In this document: positions 7,542 through 13,201 of the stretch, piece after piece | How the letters are laid out: every line of letters begins with the position of its first letter | Numbering within the stretch: the stretch's first letter is position 1 | DNA from: Candidatus Zixiibacteriota bacterium | GTDB lineage: Bacteria; Zixibacteria; MSB-5A5; CAIYYT01 | Assembly (NCBI GenBank): GCA_040235515.1 | Contig: JBECKX010000138.1 | Span: 1 to 13,201 of the forward strand | Length of the DNA: 13,201 bases | Direction of reading: 5' to 3' | Position numbers and translations under genes: made by a program | Notes under the pieces: model-generated | What the model saw: the letters and a program-made list of their open reading frames with translations, nothing else | What the model was told of the DNA's origin: nothing | The model's database searches: none

Positions 7542-8855
7542 ATGTGCTGGCGTAACATCGAAAAGATTCTCGTCGGCTTCTCATTACTTGCATTCTCAAT
7601 CGTCATGATCTCCGGTTGTGCAACTACGCGCAGCGCGGGTGATGGCTTTTTGGCGAAGGGGCAGTATGAGCAAGCCATCACTCACTATCAGGGGGAACTG
7701 GCTCGCAGCCCGCAGGATGCTCACCTGTGGCGCAATCTTGGAATAGCCTATTTTCACCAGCAGCGTTTTGACGAAGCGCTGGAGTCGTTCGATCAGGCTG
7801 ACAGGTTCGACCCCAACAATGCCAAAACCGCCCTCTATCGTGGGATGATCCACGAGCAGCGGGGCGAAGTGGACGCGGCTGTCTCCCTGTACCAGAGCTA
7901 CCTGGCGCTCAACCCCGATTCTAAACTCGCCAGCGAGATTCGCTATCGCCTCCATTGGATTCAGGACAAGCACCTGCAGAAGCTGATCGCTGACGCGATC
8001 GCCAATGAGAGCAGTATTGATGTCGCCAATATTCCTTCCAATACAGTTGCCGTAGTGCGGTTTGATGCCAGCAGCCTTCCAGACGAATACAAGCCGCTCG
8101 GCCGGGGACTCGCGGAGTTGATCTATAACGATCTCTCCTATGTGCCTGACCTGAAGCTGGTGGAACGGCTGGAGATCTACAAACTCCAGGAGGAATTAAA
8201 GCTGAGCCAGTCGGAACTGGCGGATCAATTCAACTCACCGCGTGTGGGGAAGATTGTGGGAGCGGCGCGGGTGGTTACCGGCAAACTCGACGAACTTGAG
8301 GACAAAGAGGTTGAGATCGATGCCGGCATCGTGGCGGTTGGTCCCGAATTGGCCAAGTATCCGCAGCGGCAGAAGGGAAGCGTCGGAAAGATTTTTGAGC
8401 TTCAAAAGAAGCTGACTTATGAAATTATCGAGCAGCTCGGATACCAGGTTACTCCCGAACTGCGCGCCGCAATCAACCAAACGCAGACCAATTCGGTTCT
8501 GGCGTTGATTGCATACTCACGCGGTCTTGAGTACGCCGATCGCGGTCTCTTCCAGTTGGCGGAGGCGGAGTTCCAGGCAGCCCTGCAGGAGGATCCCGGA
8601 TTCTCGATGGCACAACAGGCTGCGAGAAGCTTCAGCGGAATCGGTAAGTTTGATGGCGCACCGCGTCCGGTTTCCTCTCTTTCGGAGATGGTGCAGCTTG
8701 ACGTGAAACAGGAGACTCAGTCGTTCGTTGATCAGGGTGATATTATCAAGCGCTTACAGGGCTCAACCGAAGGCGCGCCGCCGGAAGATGAGAACCCGGT
8801 GGTCACACCGCAGGCAACCAACGCAAGCGCCACTGTGACAGGACACACGGACTAA
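7542..8855 (+). CDS. Lipoprotein with N-terminal TPR repeats, CsgG/HfaB-like domain and C-terminal TPR
   Basis: Lipobox ISG-C26. Clear TPRs (GQYEQAITHY, WRNLGIAYFHQQRFDEALESF, ALYRGMIHEQRGEVDAAVSLY). CsgG-like pattern TVAVVRFD...LGRGLAELI...LVER..I..L.EEL.LSQ...RVGKIVGA. C-terminal TPR AYSRGLEYADRG...AALQEDPGF. Confidence 0.8.
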   Translation: MCWRNIEKILVGFSLLAFSIVMISGCATTRSAGDGFLAKGQYEQAITHYQGELARSPQDAHLWRNLGIAYFHQQRFDEALESFDQADRFDPNNAKTALYRGMIHEQRGEVDAAVSLYQSYLALNPDSKLASEIRYRLHWIQDKHLQKLIADAIANESSIDVANIPSNTVAVVRFDASSLPDEYKPLGRGLAELIYNDLSYVPDLKLVERLEIYKLQEELKLSQSELADQFNSPRVGKIVGAARVVTGKLDELEDKEVEIDAGIVAVGPELAKYPQRQKGSVGKIFELQKKLTYEIIEQLGYQVTPELRAAINQTQTNSVLALIAYSRGLEYADRGLFQLAEAEFQAALQEDPGFSMAQQAARSFSGIGKFDGAPRPVSSLSEMVQLDVKQETQSFVDQGDIIKRLQGSTEGAPPEDENPVVTPQATNASATVTGHTD

Positions 8856-8912
8856 TCTGCGTATCACGGCAGACGTGTGAGATAAATAGGAATCGAAGCG
8901 AAGCGAATCAGG

Positions 8913-10106
8913 ATGATGAGAAAGCTCAACCTTCACAATTTTCTAAAGTTCTTAAAGCCCGCAATGAGTGCACTGGCGCTGTCAATGCTCGTGGCAGTAT
9001 CGGGCACGCAGCCTGCCAGCGCGCAGGGTGACTCCGGATTGCGCAACAGCGTCTCCGGACAGGTGATTTACCAGAGCTGGAAATTGCAGCGCGGTGACTC
9101 GGAGACTACGCTCACTCAGTCGGCGTTGCCCCTCTATCTGCTCGTCCCGATTGCCACTGACTGGGAGTTCCACGTCAGTGGTTCGCTCTCGCGCACCAAT
9201 GTTGATGACAAGGTCTCGCTCGACCAGACGATCTCATCGCTGTCGAGATCGCAGGCGCGCGTTTTCCGCTCATTTGCGGACCACCGGGCGTTTGCCTCCT
9301 TCGGGTTGGTATTCCCAACCGGCAAGACCGGCTACGATTCACTCGAAGTGCAAGTCACCCAGCTTATCGCGGATGACTACCTTAACATCCCGGTCAAGCA
9401 GATCGGTGAAGGCTTTGGCTTGATCGCCCAGGTCGGCGCAGCGAATGAATATGAAGGCTGGTTCATGTATGGAGCTTCGGTCACCTATAATCTCAACGGC
9501 AGTTATACCTATTTCGAGAATGGTGACGACTATAACCCGGGTGACGAGGTCACGCTGCAGGTTTCAGGCACGGCAGCCTCGGAACAGGGCGTGCTCGATG
9601 TCGACCTCTCGTTCCGCCACTTCTTCGCAGATAAGATTGATGGCAACGAAGTATTCAAGAACGGCGCGATCATTGCTGCGGTCGTTCGGGGATCATACCG
9701 ATTTGACAAAGTCAGGACTGCGCTCACGGTTGCGCAGATCATAAGAAGCAAGAACTCGCTGCAATTCGGTTCATCACTTGACAGCGAGGCAAAGAACTCG
9801 AACAACAACAAGACGGTAATTTCGGGATCGCTCGGGTATCCACTGGCGGAGAGTGTGCTGGGATCATTGCATCTTGGCTACCGCATGCTGAGTGCCAATG
9901 ACCTCGAAACGACGTCGCCCGACTACTTCGGCAAATCCTCCATCGTGTCATTCGGTGGTGGCGCGGAGTTTCGGGCTCCTTCCGGAAAATACAGCCTGTT
10001 TGGCCGAGTGACCATCAGTAGTGGTACCGCCGACAAAGACAACCCGGCCGGTGACATCGATGTTTCCGGTACCGAAGTCGTTCTCGGAGGGCGCGCATGG
10101 TTTTGA
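8913..10106 (+). CDS. Probable outer-membrane beta-barrel protein of unknown function
   Basis: Signal peptide ending PASA-Q. Many alternating hydrophobic/polar strands rich in Gly and aromatics (WEFHVSGS, FASFGLVFPTG, MYGASVTYN, LDVDLSFRHF, SLHLGYR, SFGGGAEF). C-terminal aromatic BAM-type end ...LGGRAWF. Exact start (8913 vs 8916) uncertain. Confidence 0.75.
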   Translation: MMRKLNLHNFLKFLKPAMSALALSMLVAVSGTQPASAQGDSGLRNSVSGQVIYQSWKLQRGDSETTLTQSALPLYLLVPIATDWEFHVSGSLSRTNVDDKVSLDQTISSLSRSQARVFRSFADHRAFASFGLVFPTGKTGYDSLEVQVTQLIADDYLNIPVKQIGEGFGLIAQVGAANEYEGWFMYGASVTYNLNGSYTYFENGDDYNPGDEVTLQVSGTAASEQGVLDVDLSFRHFFADKIDGNEVFKNGAIIAAVVRGSYRFDKVRTALTVAQIIRSKNSLQFGSSLDSEAKNSNNNKTVISGSLGYPLAESVLGSLHLGYRMLSANDLETTSPDYFGKSSIVSFGGGAEFRAPSGKYSLFGRVTISSGTADKDNPAGDIDVSGTEVVLGGRAWF

Positions 10107-10915
10107 TCCTTAAGCGAATCGCCCTCAGTGCAGCGGCTTTGGCGTTGCTGCTCGTGATCGCCTCATGCTCCACTTCGCCCACCGGGCAGAGTAACGATGT
10201 GGTTGTACGTGCATCACTCAAGCAACTCGGCGTCGGAACGAGCGTCGCCCGCGTGGTGCTTGATGTCTCCAGCGAATCGGGTTACGAGGAGACTCTTGAG
10301 AGTACTCTCGAGGATGGCCTGGTGACCTTCCGTGTCGAGGATATTCCGATCGGTGAGCCGATCAATTTCGTGATGTCGGCGTTCAACGCTCAGAACGTGT
10401 TGCTCTATTCCGGAGAACAGACTGAGAGCTTCTCACCGGGGGACGATGCGACAATCGACATCCTGCTCCTGCCACAGGTTCCGCTGGCGAGAGTTACGCC
10501 GGTTTATAGCCGGATCAACGGCGCATCGGGAAGCAGCACGATCAATGTTATTGTAAGTAATGTGGATGATATCTTCGGGGCGAGCTTCAGAATCGAGTTC
10601 AACCCGAATATCGTTCAGATAGGGGATGTTGAGGAGGGCTCGCTCTTTGATGGAAGCGAGACGCTGTTCCTGTCGCGGGTCGAGAGCAACTATGTTGCAG
10701 TAGCGATTACCCTGCAGGGATCGGGCTCAGCCCAGGGTATCGATGGCGGTGGAGTGATCGCCTCGATCGAACTCCTCCCGGGCAGTTCACTCGGAGCGTC
10801 CGCGCTCACCATCAACCCGGAGACTCTCAGGTTGGTGGACTGGCAGGGCAACACGCTTCCGACAAGTGGCAGCCTCTATATCGATAATGGGGAGGTAGAA
10901 GTCATTGCTCAATAG
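10097..10915 (+). CDS. Lipoprotein with N-terminal beta-sandwich and C-terminal cohesin-like domain
   Basis: GGAGG RBS; lipobox IAS-C24; overlaps the upstream stop. The C-terminal half (INVIVSNVDDIFGASFRIEFNPNIVQIGDVEEGSLF...VAVA...IDGGGVIASIEL...ALTI...IDNGEVEV) matches the cohesin pattern V.N...i.g..F.i.fdp..l....v..G...G.G.ia.i.f. Confidence 0.75.
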   Translation: MVLILKRIALSAAALALLLVIASCSTSPTGQSNDVVVRASLKQLGVGTSVARVVLDVSSESGYEETLESTLEDGLVTFRVEDIPIGEPINFVMSAFNAQNVLLYSGEQTESFSPGDDATIDILLLPQVPLARVTPVYSRINGASGSSTINVIVSNVDDIFGASFRIEFNPNIVQIGDVEEGSLFDGSETLFLSRVESNYVAVAITLQGSGSAQGIDGGGVIASIELLPGSSLGASALTINPETLRLVDWQGNTLPTSGSLYIDNGEVEVIAQ

Positions 10916-13201
10916 ATATCGGATATTTCTGCTGGTGCTGGTCGCCGCGCTCCTCCTGCTTGGAGTATCGGCCTCTGCACGCACCATTTGGGTGGCCACC
11001 AACGGCAACGATGCCAACAATGGCGACTCCGCCACTCCGGTCCGCACGCTGGCGCGGGCGATCGCATTGGCCTCGACCGCACCACCAATGGATTCGATCA
11101 TCGTCAGGGCGGGCTCCTACACCGATGGTGCAGTGGTCGACCGGCCCGTAATCATCCTGAGTGAATCGGGGGCTGCCAACACGATCCTCAATGCCGATTT
11201 AGCCGGTGTCGCGCTTGTCTACCAGGTTGGCGCAGGCACCACCGGCATTCTCGACGGTTTCTCGATCACGCGCGGTTCTCCTTCAAATATCGAGATCAAC
11301 GGTGATCCCGACTTCGGCAGCATCGGCGTCGAGATCAGAAACTGCAGGATTTACCAGAACAGCCCGACCGCGGAATCCTCCGGCGGTGGAATTTATATGT
11401 ACTATTCCGAGGCGAGGATTCACGACTGCTACTTCTTCGGTAACGAAGCTGGCATGGGAGGAGCAATCTACGCGGAATCCTCAAGTCCCCGCGTCTGGAA
11501 CAATGAATTCGTCGAGAATAAGTCCCTCAGTGGAAATGGCGGAGCAATCTACCAGGGCTTCGAAAGGTTTCAGGCCCGTGCATTGTATCAGAATAATATC
11601 TTTCGCCTGAACAGTTCGATCACCGAAGGCAGCGGCATCTTCTGTCAGACCGGCTCGGTCGATATCATACACAACCTCTTCTTTCAGAACAGCGTTGCGG
11701 ATGGTGCTGGAGCACTATTCACGACAGCCTTTTCAGGCGCGTACGTTGCAAGCAACATTTTCGCGGGCAACACCAACTTTGGCGCATCGTGCGGTGGCAC
11801 GGATGGGGGCAATACCTTCATCAACAACGCGTTTTTCGGCAATGCGCCCGCCGACCTGCCGTCGTTCGATTGCGTGGATCCCGGAACACCGGGTACGAAC
11901 ATCTTCGGCGTCGACCCGCAGTTCGAGAATGCCGCCGGCAACAACTTCAAGTTGGCTGCTAACTCTCCTTTGATCGACAAGGGGGCCCAACTCCCCGGCG
12001 GGGCTGAGTTCGTGGATTATGACGGCTATCCGCGGTCATCCGGACAGGCGCCCGATATCGGCCCGTACGAGTATATCGTTTGTGATTTGTTCCCTGCATT
12101 CCAGTTCACCCCGCCGAATCCATGTGTGTTCGATGATGTGATATTTGCCAATAACTCCGATGGTTTCTGGGAGTACGCGATCTGGGATTACGGCAACGGC
12201 GAGATCGACACGATTCCGCCCGCGGAAATCCCGGAGATTCCCTCCACGTCGTATCAGCTCGCCGGGACCTACACGGTTGCGATGACGCTGGTGTGCCCGA
12301 CCGACACCGTCACGATCACCCAGGATGTGACCGTAACTGCGCCTCCGGATGCAACGCCGCTCGCTGATGTGACGATGGGGTGCGTGCCGCTGACCGTGAA
12401 TTTCTTCTTCGAGGATTCGCTCTCGCAGTCATCCGTTCTCTGGAACTTTGGTGACGGCTCCGGTTCAGACCTGCTGAAACCGCAACACGAATTCACCGCG
12501 GCGGGAACTTATCATGTCGTCCTGCAAAGATCCAATCTGTGCGGCACGGATATCGACTCGATTTCGATCTCCGTTCAGGAAGTACCGCTGATCACTTTTT
12601 CCGCCAACCAGAGTTCGGGGGATGCTCCGCTGCCGGTGAGGTTTACTCCCTTAAGTTCTCAGCAACTGACCGCCGTGAACTGGGACTTCGGTGATGGCGG
12701 CTCCGCTGTCAGACCGGCGCCAAACCTCTTTGCGGATCATACCTACGAGAAACCGGGTGTCTATACCGCTTCAGCTTATGGTAGCAATGATTGCGGGGAT
12801 GGCCCTGAGGTGGTTGACGAGATACCGATACGTGTGTTCGGGTTTGAGCTTAAGCCGATCAGCGCCGATTCGCTGCAGCTATATACAAAATCATACCGCA
12901 TGTTCGCCGATACGTTGTTCGGTCTTTACAGCAAGCAGATCGGATTGACCGCGGCGATAGTGCCCTCTACTCCGCGACGCGGCTCTGTGCAGACGACTTT
13001 CACCAAATCGACGATCAGGGCGGTGCTGGACTCAACCAACGTGAATCTGCAGTTGTCACCCGATCTTGCGCTCGGAGAATACCTGCTCCGGGTGATCGGC
13101 AAGCCGGCTTCCAATGTTCCTGCTGACACGCTGGAGATTCCGTTCTATTCCAATCCCGCAACGATCTGCGAGATCACTCCGACCCTCGTCGACTATGACA
13201 C
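10905..13201 (+). CDS. Large secreted protein (partial, 3' end beyond window): right-handed beta-helix, choice-of-anchor Q-like motif, three PKD domains, further Ig-like domains
   Basis: Manually translated from TTG 10905 (GGAGGT RBS at 10891-10896) with no stop to the window end (at least 765 codons). Signal MLNRYRIFLLVLVAALLLLGVSASA. WVATNGNDANNG...PVRTLARAI N-terminus; GGGIY/GGAIY and F..N beta-helix repeats; DPQF...FKLAANSPLIDKG...DYDGYPR...PDIGPYEY; PKD signatures WDYGNG (12183), WNFGDG (12441) and WDFGDG (12681). Confidence 0.88.
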   Translation, partial: MLNRYRIFLLVLVAALLLLGVSASARTIWVATNGNDANNGDSATPVRTLARAIALASTAPPMDSIIVRAGSYTDGAVVDRPVIILSESGAANTILNADLAGVALVYQVGAGTTGILDGFSITRGSPSNIEINGDPDFGSIGVEIRNCRIYQNSPTAESSGGGIYMYYSEARIHDCYFFGNEAGMGGAIYAESSSPRVWNNEFVENKSLSGNGGAIYQGFERFQARALYQNNIFRLNSSITEGSGIFCQTGSVDIIHNLFFQNSVADGAGALFTTAFSGAYVASNIFAGNTNFGASCGGTDGGNTFINNAFFGNAPADLPSFDCVDPGTPGTNIFGVDPQFENAAGNNFKLAANSPLIDKGAQLPGGAEFVDYDGYPRSSGQAPDIGPYEYIVCDLFPAFQFTPPNPCVFDDVIFANNSDGFWEYAIWDYGNGEIDTIPPAEIPEIPSTSYQLAGTYTVAMTLVCPTDTVTITQDVTVTAPPDATPLADVTMGCVPLTVNFFFEDSLSQSSVLWNFGDGSGSDLLKPQHEFTAAGTYHVVLQRSNLCGTDIDSISISVQEVPLITFSANQSSGDAPLPVRFTPLSSQQLTAVNWDFGDGGSAVRPAPNLFADHTYEKPGVYTASAYGSNDCGDGPEVVDEIPIRVFGFELKPISADSLQLYTKSYRMFADTLFGLYSKQIGLTAAIVPSTPRRGSVQTTFTKSTIRAVLDSTNVNLQLSPDLALGEYLLRVIGKPASNVPADTLEIPFYSNPATICEITPTLVDYD

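Noticed and set aside
7384..7599. 71-aa minus-strand ORF crossing the intergenic gap
   Set aside because: No convincing RBS or motif, it overlaps the lipoprotein signal sequence, and the region is better explained by RNA/DNA structure.
6284..8855. Calling these genes csgG or a curli (type VIII secretion) operon
   Set aside because: The TPR fusions and the absence of csgA/B/E/F-like genes in the window mean only a fold-level resemblance is supportable.
674..13129. Numerous short alternative-frame and antisense ORFs in the track (e.g. 674-1108 -, 2407-2931 +, 2571-3104 -, 4511-5041 -, 11206-11610 +)
   Set aside because: They lie within long motif-bearing CDSs, have Arg/Ser/Pro-rich shadow-frame composition and show no recognisable motifs.

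Overview
A gene-dense, all plus-strand bacterial region encoding cell-envelope and secreted proteins. The duplicated C-terminal 'DAVYxINYIFGGGP' dockerin variant suggests candidate division Zixibacteria or a related diderm (inference only). Unit 1 (212-3977) is two tandem paralogous secreted HExxH zinc metallopeptidases (MXAN_6640-like), each ending in a dockerin-type domain, with a sigma70-like promoter upstream and an intrinsic terminator downstream. Unit 2 (4202->13201) contains a membrane Hanks-type Ser/Thr kinase with TPR-like and PEGA-like exported domains, two paralogous TPR + CsgG/HfaB-like proteins (one a lipoprotein), a probable outer-membrane beta-barrel, a lipoprotein with a cohesin-like domain, and a large secreted beta-helix/PKD protein. 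That last ORF starts at TTG 10905, runs off the window and is absent from the supplied ORF track. The best candidate for an undescribed system is a kinase-linked outer-membrane assembly/display module with non-cellulosomal cohesin-dockerin anchoring. Non-coding signals are a rod-like structured RNA candidate at 1-140 (possibly a partial 6S RNA), overlapping divergent promoters at 121-175, and a 19-bp stem plus tandem and inverted repeats in the 7292-7541 intergenic gap. All domain calls come from motif recognition by eye, not database searches.
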